Below, piece after piece: positions 1-11,349 of a stretch of 64,000 nt of DNA. This stretch comes from Anolis carolinensis. Lineage: Eukaryota. The DNA is taken from NCBI RefSeq assembly GCF_035594765.1, contig NW_026943821.1, forward strand, positions 22,005,791-22,069,790, read 5' to 3'. The notes under the pieces are model-generated. The model was given only the letters and a program-made list of their open reading frames with translations. It made no database searches and was not told where the DNA came from. The translations under genes and the position numbers were made by a program. Position 1 is the stretch's first letter; each line of letters starts with the position of its first letter.

Positions 1-329
1 TACAAATGGATATCCTAACACAAAGGATAAGAGACAGGAAAAATAAAACAGACCGGACAAATTTTGCAGAATTCATGAGGAAAAGAAAACTGGACTTTGA
101 CATAGATCTGCCTTATATATAAAGATCATTTTAAAGAAGGAGGACTGAAATAAATAAACAGGAAAAAACAAGAAATCGAAGGATGAATCTCCAAAGCACA
201 ACACACACAAAGGTTTTTTTTTTTTTGGGGGGGGGGGGAGTTGTGTTTTTTGTGTTTATTTTTTTTCCTCCTTCTCTCTCTCTCTCCCCCCCATACCCTT
301 GTTTTCTCTTAAATTTTCTAGATTTCTAT

Positions 330-386
<57 letters not shown>

Positions 387-452
387 ACGTTGTTCTCCAA
401 CAATTGATGTATTTATTTCACATAAATCAAATAAAAATATTAAATAAAAAAA
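1..452 (+). mobile_element. Probable LINE (L1-like) 3' end with internal (CTAT)n
   Basis: A-rich ORF-like remnant, T-rich 3' UTR, AATAAA and an A tail at 430-452. Confidence 0.4.
329..385. repeat. (CTAT)n microsatellite
   Basis: Seen directly. Confidence 0.95.
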
Positions 453-453
453 G

Positions 454-558
454 AAGTTGGGGCTAACAGCAGGTGCCCACCCTGCTCCCAGGATTCGAAC
501 CACCAACCTTTCAGTCAGCAAGTTCAATAGCTCAGTGGTTTAACCCACCACACCACCT
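454..558 (-). mobile_element. Sauria SINE fragment (tRNA-related part)
   Basis: Matches the other copies in the window; GGTTCGAATCC B box on the minus strand. Confidence 0.7.
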
Positions 559-821
559 TGAATTTGTATTCAGAACCAACCATCTTAACACATGTATTCC
601 TGTGATCAACTATCACTGGAATAGAGGGAATTAAACCCAAACAAGTGTTCTTTAGGACCTCGGATAATAATGAAAAACAGTACTCATTTTGCTTCCTTGC
701 TTGTCAATACCTTTCTAGTCCTCGGTGTATTTTTTGAGGACATGTTGGCCATTGCAAGTTTAAAGAGACTATTTGAGTTGGCTCTAAAACTCCCATTTAT
801 TTCTTGTAGAAGTTACTGCTT

Positions 822-1493
822 CCAGGGTTGTTGTATGTCTTTCGGGCTGTGTGGCCATGTTCCAGAAGTATTATCTCCTGACGTTTCGCCCACATCTATG
901 GCAGGCATCCTCAGAGGTTATGAGGCATGGATAAACTAGACAAGGAAGGTAAATATATATCTGTGGAGAGTCCAGGGTGTGATAAGAGTCCTTTGTCAGT
1001 TGGAAGCCAGCGTTAATGTTTCAGTTAATCTCCCTAATTAGCATTGGAAAGGTTTGTCTCTTGCCTGGGGGGCATCCTTTGTTCAGAGTCATTAGCCGTC
1101 CTTGGAGCTCCTCTGCCCTCAGAGTGTTGCTTCCCATCTACACCACTCCAACAACTATCATGTCAAACTACACAGAGAAGCCATTGAAATCCACAAGCAT
1201 GTGGACAACTTCAACAGAAAGGAGGAAACCATGAAAATGAACAAAATCTGGCTCCCAGTATTAAAAAAAACTCAAAAATCAGAACAGTAGATGAGAAGCA
1301 ACACTCTGAGGGCAGAGGAGCCCCAAGGACGGCTAATGACTCTGAACAAAGGATGCCCCCCAGGCAAGAGACAAACCTTTCCAATGCTAATTAGGGAGAT
1401 TATCAGGAGAGAATACTTCTGGAACATGGCCACACAGCCCGAAAGACATACAACAACCCTGTGATCCCGGCCATGAAAGCCTTCGACAACACA
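822..1493 (+). mobile_element. Penelope-like element 3' fragment with an inverted terminal segment
   Basis: GIY-YIG endonuclease C-terminal peptide HSNNYHVKLHREAIEIHKHVDNFNRKEE (1143-1290); 1028-1141 is the reverse complement of 1286-1401, and 824-880 of 1403-1461. Confidence 0.88.
877..917 (-). ncRNA. Minimal hammerhead ribozyme motif (Penelope-associated)
   Basis: Minus strand reads cct-CTGAGGA-t-gcctgc-catagat-gtgggc-GAAAC-GTC-agg. Confidence 0.75.
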
Positions 1494-1711
1494 TTACTGC
1501 TTCCTTCTTGCACTCCATCGCTGCCACCTAGCGTCCCAGTTGAACCGCTGAGTAATAACACTATGTAACACGATTTTTGTTCCTGAGTTATAAATGTCAT
1601 TTTCTAATTGATTCTATTATAAACACACAGGGAAAGTTTATTCAATTGCAAACACTCTGTTTTTGCGGGACATCCTACAGCACATTTTGTTCTATTTTTT
1701 CAATGAATATC

Positions 1712-1979
1712 TCATCGAGTCTCATCACAAAACAGCATAACCAAACAAGCTGTGAATCCTATCAAGAATTTCTTGTTACTACCATTATTTCCATGTATAA
1801 CAATCTATGGTACGTACATTTACCGATCATGCAAGCTCTGGCATTCTGTTCGGCAGGCATGCTTCCAAACAAAAACTTTGCTAGGTCTTACTTTCGGGGG
1901 AGGCCTTATATTTAGCAATTCAGCAAAACCTCTACTAGGTCTTATTTTCTGGGGATGCCTTATTTTCGGGGAAACAGCG
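1712..1979 (+). mobile_element. Partial pogo/Tigger-like MITE (same family as 11977-12376)
   Basis: Internal identity to 12117-12376; right TIR ...GGGGAAACAGCG followed by TA. Confidence 0.75.
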
Positions 1980-2500
1980 TATGCATGCTTGCCCACAATG
2001 CCCTACCTCATGCACGGAGGAGGAGTTGTTTAAAGCTATAGACAATGCGATTGCTGCTGCCCGTTTTTGGTCCAAAACTATTTAGCTGTTTGTGATTCCT
2101 TTATTTTATCACTTTTAAACTTATTTATTATGCAATGTTTTTGACACAAAATAAATAAATCAGGGCACTAAAAGGCCAAGAAAAGCCCTCTTAGGTGGCC
2201 AGAAATGCCCCAAAGACACACAACAACAAAAGTCATGTATTGCTTTGAATGCATGTTGTTTTAATCTTAGGCAAGGTGCCACCTTGGGAGAAAGGCAGAA
2301 AATACAATACAATAAATACGGTAATTCCAGTGTGGAGAGGATTTTGCAACCCGGTGAGGCTTCCAGCGGCTGCTTTCACGTGCCACCACAGCTGGTTGAA
2401 GGGGACCAAATCCAGTTGCCAGTCGATCTGGTTCCTTTTTACCAGCCCTAGGGACACATATGCGTAGGCATCCGCTCCTTCCGTGACGCTTCCCATTCAC

Positions 2501-2661
2501 CTCTTGCCAATAGGAAACTTTGTAGGACTTTGAAGTCGACGGTTCCAATCCCATCCCAACGATACATACTTCTTAACATTCCATAAATCTGGCCGACTCC
2601 ATATGGGCATATGAAGAAGTATGTAGGCTCAAGAGGGAGGCAGGACAATGGGGCAAAATTC
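2501..2661 (-). other. Candidate exon of an unidentified minus-strand gene
   Basis: Very strong acceptor (ttttccttgtctctttttttttccctccag-type tract) and donor GAG|gtgaat; unique sequence between repeats; contains several ATGs. Confidence 0.45.
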
Positions 2662-2768
2662 CTGGAGGGAAAAAAAAGAGACAAGGAAAAGCATTTAGTA
2701 AGGAATCTGCTGGAGAATGAAGTACAACTAATTAAGATTTTTAGTCTTGGCCACTTTACATCTCCTTT

Positions 2769-3036
2769 TTATTGCGTCAGAAGTGACTTGAGAACCTACT
2801 GCAAGTCGCTTCTGGTGTGAGAGAATTCGCTGTCTACAGAGATGTTGCCCAGGGGATGCCTGGGTGTGTTACCATCCTGCTGGGAGTCTTCTCTCGTGTC
2901 CTCGCAAGCTAGAGCTCACAGACGGGAGCTCACCCCATCTCGCGGATTTGAACCCAAACCTTTAGGTCAGCAACCTAACCTTCAGGTCAGCAGTCCAGCC
3001 GTCACAAGGGTTTAACCCATTGCACCACCGCGGCTC
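2769..3036 (-). mobile_element. tRNA-derived SINE (Anolis SINE2-like)
   Basis: Reverse complement resembles 47959-48222 and 19199-19466; A-rich tail. Confidence 0.7.
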
Positions 3037-3105
3037 AATAGAAGCAAGATATAAATACATTAGAGTCTCACTTATCCAAGCTAAACGGGCCGGCAGAAGC
3101 TTGGA

Positions 3106-3158
<53 letters not shown>

Positions 3159-3159
<1 letters not shown>

Positions 3160-3480
3160 AGTAGAGTCTCACTTATCCAAGCTAAATGGGCCGGCAGAAG
3201 CTTGGATAAGCGAATATCTTGGACAATAAGGAGGGATTAAGGAAAAGCCTATTAAACATCAAATTACGTTATGATTTTACAAATTAAGCACCAAAACATC
3301 ATGTTTTACAACAAATTTGACAGAAAAAGCAGTTCAATACGCAGTAATGTTATGTTGTAATTACTGTATTTACTAATTTAGCACCAAAATATCACAATAT
3401 ATTGAAAGCATTGACTACAAATTGCGTTGGATTATCCAGAACGTTGGATAAGCAAGTGTTGGATAAGTGAGACTCTACTG
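3159..3480 (+). mobile_element. Tc1/mariner-type MITE
   Basis: TIR CAGTAGAGTCTCACTTATCCAA / TTGGATAAGTGAGACTCTACTG, TA on both sides. Confidence 0.92.
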
Positions 3481-3824
3481 TACATGAATAAATTAATAAC
3501 AATCATATATCTGAATTTGCTTGTAGTGTATTAATAATATATCCATTACTGTGTTACGTCAATATAGAGTTTATGGTATATTACAGCATTGGGTGTAGTA
3601 TTAGGCCTACTTTTAAATTTTTATTTATTTATTTTATTTACTACATTTATATCCCGCCCTTCTCATCCTGAAGGGGACTCAGAGCAGCTTACAAATTATA
3701 TATACATGCAATATATTATATTATTAGCATAGCACAATATTAGCATTATATATTACTATATTGAACTATAACACTATACTGTAATATTATTAGTAATATT
3801 ACATGATATATATATATATATACA

Positions 3825-4145
3825 CAGTAGAGTCTCACATCCAACGTAAACGGGCCGGCAGAACATTGGATAAGCGAATATGTTGGATAATAAGGAGAGA
3901 TTAAGGAAAAGCCTATTAAACATTAAATTACGTTATGATTTTACAAATTAAGCACCAAAACATCATGTTTTACAACAAATTTGACAGAAAAAGTAGTTCA
4001 GTACGCAGTAATGTTATGTTGTAATTACTGTATTTACGAATTTAGCACCAAAATATCACGATATATTGAAAACATTGACTACAAAAATGGCTTGGATAAT
4101 CCAGAGGCTTGGATAAGCGAGGCTTGGATAAGCGAGACTCTACTG
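3825..4145 (+). mobile_element. Tc1/mariner-type MITE (same family)
   Basis: Same TIRs and body as 3159-3480. Confidence 0.9.
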
Positions 4146-4189
4146 TGTATGTATGTATATGTGTATGTGTGTGTGTGTATATATATATA

Positions 4190-4664
4190 TCTATATATAT
4201 AAAAGAGTGATGGCATCACGGCGACCGACAAAACAACAAAACTACAGGCCCCCCAACCTCGAAATTTGACAACACAACCCATCATCCACGCCTCTAGGTT
4301 GATACAACAAAAAGAAAAGAAAAATAAAGTCCTAATTAGAGGGAGAGGAATAATTGCTTTTATCCAATTGCTGCCAGTTAGAAGGCTAAGCTCCTCCAAC
4401 TTGGTCTCCTAGCAACCCAATAAAAAATAATAATAAAACACTAAAAAATAATTAAAAACACTAAAAGATTAATACAATAAAATACCATAATAACAGAAAA
4501 TAACTAAAAATAATACAAGAAAATAATAAAATATAATAAATAAAAAGATAACTTACAATAAATTAATTAAAAAATACAAATAACGTCAAATAAAAATTAC
4601 ACAACAATTTTTAACCAATACCACCACCACTTTGCCACAGCAACGCGTGGCCGGGCACAGCTAG
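4190..4664 (+). mobile_element. Complete non-autonomous Helitron
   Basis: A|TC start; GCCAC...GTGGC hairpin about 10 nt before CTAG|T end; no TSD. Confidence 0.85.
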
Positions 4665-5712
4665 TGTGTGTGTGTGTATAATTTTACTGTAGTATTATTA
4701 GTATTATATCATATTACATTATAATATTATTATCAATATTATATGTATATACAATATATTATATTATAGATTATTGTATATTATATTATATATTGGCCCT
4801 AGAGCATCAGTTGGGTAACTCTCAAGCAACCGGAAACAACACTTAACGTGCATCTACCAATCCCCATGGAGGCCGGTTAACTGAGAGTCTGTTGTATAAT
4901 CCTTACGAGCAATTAGAAGAAGTGGCAACAAAGCCTGGAAGTTAAAGTCTCCAAGACCCTAAGAGTTACAGGTTAGCACCTTCCAGGTCAGTAAATCCAG
5001 TCCAGATTTTCCTACAAACTTCAATGGAGTTGTCCTGGGTGCTGAAACCTACTCAGAACCTCGGAGAGCTCCTTTAAAGAACAAAGTAAAACATGGAATG
5101 GTATCAGCTTCAAGCTGACATGGAAGCCGCCAACTTCCTTAATGTTTTAGAACAGCTGGGAAACGTTGCCATTTCCATTTCTTTCCGCTCCACGGCTTTG
5201 CTTTGCTTGCAAGAAGAGGCACCGAGGGGATAGGGATATGATGCAGGAAGGGCCTTTGCATGCCAAGGAAGGAGATTTTCTCACTTTTTTAAACTCGGTG
5301 ACCTTAAATGACCCCCCTCCTATCTGCCCATTTTTGAGCACAGCCATCTGCAGAGAGGTGGGCTTTTAATATATCGCTATGATTTCCCATATATTGCCAT
5401 GGCTCCAAGGAGACCACAGAACAGAACTACATGCAGGAAGACACAATCCAAGCCATCCTGACAGATGGCCATCCAGCCTCTGTTTCAAAATCTCCACCAT
5501 ATATCATTCCGTCTTGAATGCTTCCATCTTGAAACTGCATGGAATCACTGAATCATATAGTTGGAAGGGGTCCCAAGGGCCATCCAGTCCAACTTCCTTC
5601 TGCCACAACCAAAGCCCTCTTGACAGATAGCCAGCCAGACGATGATGATGATGACGGTGATGGTGATTATGATGATGACCATTTGATGGGAATGTTGATG
5701 ATTCTATGACAG

Positions 5713-6168
5713 GGAAAGGCTTGTTTTCTGCTGCCCTGGAAAATAGGAGCAATGGGTTCAAATTACAGCAAGGACATGAGGAAGAACTTCCTGACTGTAA
5801 AAAGAGCTGTTCAACAGTGGAACTCTCTGCCTCAGAGTGCAGTGGAAGCTCCTTCCTTATCAAGCATGTTTGTTTTATATGATTTTATTTGTTTTAAGAC
5901 TTGCTTTATTGTTGATTGATTTGTGTTATTGTTGTGTTTTATATTGTCTGTTTTGCCTGGGCTTGGCCCCATGTAAGCCGCCCCGAGTCCCCTTGGGGAG
6001 ATGGGGTGAGGTATAAAAATAAAATTATTATTATTATTATTATTGGAGGCTTCCAAACAGAGACTGGATGGCCATCTGACAGGGATACTTTATGCTTTTC
6101 CTGCATGACAGGGGATTGAACTAGATGACCCATGTGGTCTCTTCCAACTCTGATTCTGTGATTCTATG
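5713..6168 (+). mobile_element. CR1 LINE 3' end, interrupted by an L2-like tail (5865-6043)
   Basis: Matches 36840-37190; ends in (ATTCTRTG)n. Confidence 0.85.
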
Positions 6169-7316
6169 ATGGTGATGATGATGACGGTGACAATGATGAC
6201 GGTGATGATGGTGATGCTGACAATGATGACGGTGGTGATGATGATGGCAATGATGGTGATAGCAATGATGATGATGACGGCAACGATGATGACGATGACG
6301 ACGATGACGGTGACAATGATGACGGTGATGATGGTGATGGTGATGGTGATAATGATGACAGTGGTTATGATGATGGCGATGATGGTGATGGCAATGATGA
6401 TGATGACGGCGACGATGATGATGGTGACAATGATGACGGTGATGATTATGACAGTGATGATGGTGACAGTGACGATGATGACGCCGACGATGGTGACAGT
6501 GACGATGATGATGGTGGTGATGATGATGCAATGATGGTGATGGCAATTATGATGATGACGGCGACGATGATGATGGTGATGATGATGACGGCGATGATGG
6601 TGACAGTGACGATGATGACGGCGACGATGATGACGGTGACAATGATGACGGTGATGATTATGACAGTGACGATGATGACGCCGACGATGGTGACGGTGAC
6701 GATGATGACGGTGGTGGTGATGATGCAATGATGGTGATGGCAATGATGATGATGACAGTGACAATGATGACGGTGACAATGATGACGGTGGTGATGATGA
6801 TGCAATGATGATTATGACAGTGACGATGGTGACGGTGATGATGATGACGGTGGTGATGATGATGCAATGATGGTGATGGCAATGATGATTATGACAGTGA
6901 CGATGATGACGGTGACAATGATGACGGTGGTGATGATGATGCAATGATGATTATGACAGTGACGATGGTGACGGTGACGATGATGACGGTGACGATGATG
7001 ACGGTGGTGATGATGATGCAATGATGGTGATGGCAATGATGATTATGACAGTGACGATGATGACAGCGACGATGGTGATGGTGACGATGACGGTGGTGAT
7101 GATGATGCAATTATGGTGATGGCAATGATGATGATGACAGTGACGATGATGATGGTGACAATGATGACGGTGATGATTATGACAGTGACGATGGTGACAC
7201 TGACGATGATGATGCCGACGATGGTGACGGTGACGATGATGACGGTGGTGATGATGATGGCGATGATGGTGATGGCAATGATTATGATTACGGTGACGAT
7301 GACGGTGATGCTGATG
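6166..7316. repeat. Cryptic RRY trinucleotide array (GAT/GAC/GGT/GGC/AAT/AGT)
   Basis: About 1.15 kb made almost entirely of these triplets, with recurrent higher-order motifs. Confidence 0.95.
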
Positions 7317-7329
7317 AGGAGAGAAGCCT

Positions 7330-7730
7330 CTTGTCCCTTGAGACCGGCTCAGAATTCCTCAGAGGAAAGTTGGAGCCGGTCTTGGGTTCGGAGGGAGGCT
7401 GGTTTCGTGCGGAACAAAAGCGAGGCGTTCATCCAAATCAAGGCATTGATGAAGTTTCTTGGGGAACTTTGCCAAAAAGGCAGGCTGGACGAGGAGTGAA
7501 GCGCACACACATTCATCCGCACGCATCGGCGGCCTTTGGCTGCTCGGCGTTTGCTATAAAAGGAAGTCTCTGGCTTTTCAATCCCATCTTTTTCCAGTGT
7601 TTCTGCTGCTGCAGCCGAACCGAGAGCGAGCGAAGGGAGGCCTTGCTTCTGCGCTTGGCTCCGTTCCGGCTTCCCTCCTTCCTCCCTTCTTCCGCCACCT
7701 CCATCGATCCCATTATATAGAGACTGCATT
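7330..7730. promoter_or_regulatory. CpG-rich unique segment with TATA/CArG-like boxes (possible promoter or enhancer)
   Basis: High CpG density; CTATAAAAGG at 7554-7563; TATATAA on the minus strand near 7714-7720. Confidence 0.3.
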
Positions 7731-8027
7731 AGCCACTTTATCAGATGAACCAATTTTTTTAAATGAAATTGAGAACCAAGTGGGTGGGAAAAGAGCAGAA
7801 AGGGCAAGGAAACAGCCCTGGAAGTTGGTCAACGGCGTGCCCTGCTTTAAATCAAGTCAAAAAAACTTCACTTGGTCACCAAAATTGCCGTATCTGTTAC
7901 ATTCTAAGACGCAAACTAATTTTAGTATCACCAAAAGAAAAAAAAGAAGATGAAAGGTAGATAGATATCACTCACAATGACCCTGTTTTTATGGAGTGCA
8001 TTCCAGAATTGAAGAAATACAGTTAGT

Positions 8028-8522
8028 GGGGTGCTGTGAGTTTTCCAGGCTGTGTGGCTATGTTCCAGAAGTATTCTCTCCTGATGTTTCACCCATATCT
8101 ATGGCAGGCATCCTCAGAGGTTGTGAGGTCTATCCTCTGAGGATGCCTGCCATAGATGCGGGCGAAACGTCAGGAGAGAATGCTTCTGGAACATAGCCAC
8201 ACAGCCCAGAAAACTCACAGCACCTCAGTGATTCCGGCCATGAAAGCTTTCAACAACAAATACAGTTAGGTGTGTTGTCAAAGGCTTTCATGACCAGAAT
8301 CACTCGGTCGTTGTGAGTTTTCCGGGCTGTATGGCCATGTTCCAGAAGCATTCTCTCCTGATGTTTTGCCCACACTTATGGCAGGAATTTCCTCACCCTA
8401 GACATTCCACAAATATAAAAACCTCACTTATAGTACTTAGTTTCCAACAGACCCCTCGACCTCTGACGATGCCTGTCATAGATGTGGGCAAAACGTCAGG
8501 AGAGAATGCTTCTCGGAAAACT
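8028..8522. mobile_element. Two adjacent palindromic Penelope-derived terminal fragments
   Basis: 8028-8120 is inverted to 8134-8226; a second inverted pair lies at 8272-8522; same terminal sequence as 822-1493. Confidence 0.8.
8133..8175 (+). ncRNA. Minimal hammerhead ribozyme motif (Penelope-associated)
   Basis: tcct-CTGAGGA-t-gcctgc-catagat-gcgggc-GAAAC-GTC-agga; stem I tcct/agga, stem II gcctgc/gcgggc. Confidence 0.8.
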
Positions 8523-8752
8523 CAACCCAAATAGAGTTGCAGAAAAGGCCATCTTGCCATCTGGGGGTCAAAAGGATAAAAAGCAAAAGCTTGGAATTAT
8601 TATTGACTAAGGGACTATCATTCCCAGGTTCTCCCAGTCTGCAGCCGTCATGCTGGTTGGAGTATTCTGGGAGTCCTGTTATTGTTGTTGTTGTTGTTAT
8701 TGACACAAAGACATAGTATGACACAGCAAACGAGATATACATGCTGGATTTT

Positions 8753-8809
<57 letters not shown>

Positions 8810-8810
<1 letters not shown>

Positions 8811-9132
8811 AGTAGAGTCTCACTTATCCAAGCTAAACAGGCCAGCAGAAGCTTGGATAAGCGAATATCTTGGATAATAAAGAGGGATTAAGGAAAAGCC
8901 TATTAAACATCAAATTAGATTATGATTTTACAAATTAAGCATCAAAACATCGTGTTATACAACAAATTTGACAGAAAAAGTAGTTCAATATGCAGTCATG
9001 TTATGTTGTAATTACTGTATTTACGAATTTAGCACCAAAATATCAAGATATATTGAAAACATTGACTACAAAAATCGCTTGGATAAACCAGAACCTTGGA
9101 TAAGCGAGGCTTGGATAAGTGAGACCTCTACT

Positions 9133-9133
<1 letters not shown>
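8810..9133 (+). mobile_element. Tc1/mariner-type MITE within (TAT)n
   Basis: Same TIRs as 3159-3480, TA flanks. Confidence 0.9.
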
Positions 9134-9201
<68 letters not shown>

Positions 9202-9204
9202 TTT

Positions 9205-9296
9205 TATTATGACACAGCAAACAAGCTAGATATGCTGGATTTCATATCACAAAATCACAAGTCAAACACTTCCCAAGTGTCTAGGACTGTGTGATG

Positions 9297-9300
<4 letters not shown>
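9205..9300 (-). mobile_element. Dong/R4-like 3' end next to a (TAA)n tract
   Basis: Reverse complement matches the 3' end of the element at 38477 (catcacayagtcctagacacttgggaagtgt). Confidence 0.65.
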
Positions 9301-9348
<48 letters not shown>

Positions 9349-9593
9349 CATCATCATCATCATCATCATCGTCCCAAAGTGGATAACGGTAAAAGCAATA
9401 CAATATATAATTTGAAACCTATCCTCACAAAGGTCACTTTTTCCAAACTCTGCCAAAAAAACACAGCAAACCCACTTCCACCAGTGAACAAAACCTGCAC
9501 CAATCTTTCCTTCTCACACTTTATAGTATTTTTGGAGGCCGAAAAACCAGACTGGATGCAATCAAGTAATTACTAGAAACTAGCAAATCACAA

Positions 9594-9712
9594 TTTGTCA
9601 TCGAAGGCTTTCATGGCTGGAATCACTGCGTCGTGGTGCATTTTCCGGGCTGTATGGCCATGTTCCAGAAGCATTCTCTCCTGACGTTTCACCCACATCT
9701 ATGGCAGAGGTT
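9594..9712 (-). mobile_element. Penelope-like terminal fragment
   Basis: Matches the PLE end (gaaggctttcatggc...ctgacgtttc). Confidence 0.75.
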
Positions 9713-9788
9713 AAATTACAATTTAAATCTCTAGAAAACAGTCCCAAATCAAACAGAGGCCTCTATGATTTCTTCTCCATGTCTAGTA

Positions 9789-10339
9789 CAGTAGAGTCTC
9801 ACTTATTCAAGCCTCACTTATCCAAGGTTCTGGATTATCCAAGCCATTTTTGTAGTCAGTGTTTTCAATATATCGTGATATTTTGGTGCTAAATTCGTAA
9901 ATACAGTAATTACAACATAACATTGCTGCGTATTGAACTACTTTTTCTGTCAAATTTGTTGTATAACATGATGTTTTGGTGCTTAATTTGTAAAATCATA
10001 ACCTAATTTGATGTTGAATAGGCTTTTCCTTAATCCCTCCTTATTATCCAAGATTATTATTATTATTTATTATTTACAGTATTTATATTTCCGCCTTTCT
10101 CACCCCGAAGGCGACTCAGGGCGGATCACATTACACATATAAAGCAAACATTCAATGCCTTAACATAGAACAAAGACAGAGACAAACAGGCTCCGAGCTG
10201 GCCTCGAACTCATGACCTCTTGGTTAGAGTAATTTGTTGCAGCTGGCTGCTCACCAGCCTGTGCCACAGCCCAGGCCTAGATATTTGCTTATCCAAGCTT
10301 CTGCTGGCCCGTTTAGCTTGGATAAGTGAGACTCTACTG
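9789..10339 (-). mobile_element. Tc1/mariner-type MITE interrupted by an L2-like fragment (~10053-10278)
   Basis: Both TIRs present; body in reverse orientation; insertion in the middle. Confidence 0.85.
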
Positions 10340-10440
10340 CATTAGTTTTACACTAATAAGAGTATCCCTACTAGATCCCTTTTGCACCCCAGCAATGCAC
10401 AAAATGTGCCGCATCGTGTTTGTTTCCGCTTTGAAAAAGG

Positions 10441-10730
10441 CAAACATCCATCTTAGATGAAAAAGATCAATTTCCTATTGACGTCTTAAGGCGTGGGGCT
10501 CCCTAAAGGTCATGTAGTCTACCCTCCAAGCCCTTTCCGCAAAAATCCAACACTTTGGATGTCATGTTTCAATCGCAAGGACTGGACTTAAGACAAACAT
10601 CCATTTTAGATGAAAAAGATCCTTTTCCCGTTGGTGTCTTAAGGCGTGGGGCTCCCTAAAGGTCATGTAGTCCACCCTCCCCAAAGATCCAACACTTTGG
10701 ATGTCATGTTTCAATCGCAAGGACTGGACT
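10441..10730. repeat. Tandem duplication of a ~150 bp unique unit
   Basis: 10441-10588 vs 10594-10730. Confidence 0.9.
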
Positions 10731-11172
10731 AAATCTATCTCGCACTCCTACAATGCAGAAGAAATGGCACATTCTGCTTGAATCGTGCTGTCAAAGTTAC
10801 CGCCCACAATGCAACCGGACATTAGTCGTTGTCTTGACTTGGTGCCGCACATATCCATAGAGCGCACAAAAAGAAAGGATCGTTTTGCCAGGACGTTAAG
10901 ACACACGTCAACGTCCTTTTATTCCGCAATCTCAGCCACATTGACTCTTCTTGCCGGTCATAATGATGCCCCAAGAGAAATGCCCTCTTGCCCTCTCTCG
11001 GGATAAAAATGCCGGCTCCAAAGTGGGCACCGCATCCATGCTCCCAAGCTTTGCAACACCGGCTCTGAAGGTTAAACACGCCCCACGCTTCTGCAGTGCC
11101 CGGCAGAAAGGCTCTCCTTCTCCCCTCCCAGGCTTCACCCCTTGGCTGCTCTTCCCCAAAGGGATGACTTAC

Positions 11173-11349
11173 ATGCAGGAAGCCCACGGCCACCCTCTGT
11201 GGTCTGCAGGCCCGGCTTTGGCCCAAGGCTGCTCTGGCTCCGGCCTCGGCTGCTCCTCTTGACTTTGCCACAGGAAAAAAAAACTCCTTCTGCATCGCCT
11301 TCCCTTGGCTGGCAAAAAGGAAGGAGGCGGTGGCGGCAGAGAAGCCTCC
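11173..11349 (-). other. Candidate exon of an unidentified minus-strand gene
   Basis: Long polypyrimidine tract ending ctctttcgcag| and donor CAT|gtaagt; 177 nt, GC-rich unique sequence. Confidence 0.45.

Larger units (their letters stand above)
3620..4790 (-). mobile_element. AT-rich L2-like 3' end split by a MITE and a Helitron
   Basis: 3620-3805 and 4690-4790 are both reverse-complementary to the contiguous copy at 20900-21205. Confidence 0.65.

Noticed and set aside
6090-7499. His-rich and Met/Val/Thr-rich ORFs (up to 284 aa)
   Set aside because: Artefacts of the triplet array: recurrent phase shifts, no splice signals or domain
8459-8500. Further active hammerhead
   Set aside because: Conserved GAAA is mutated to AAAA, so it is likely inactive
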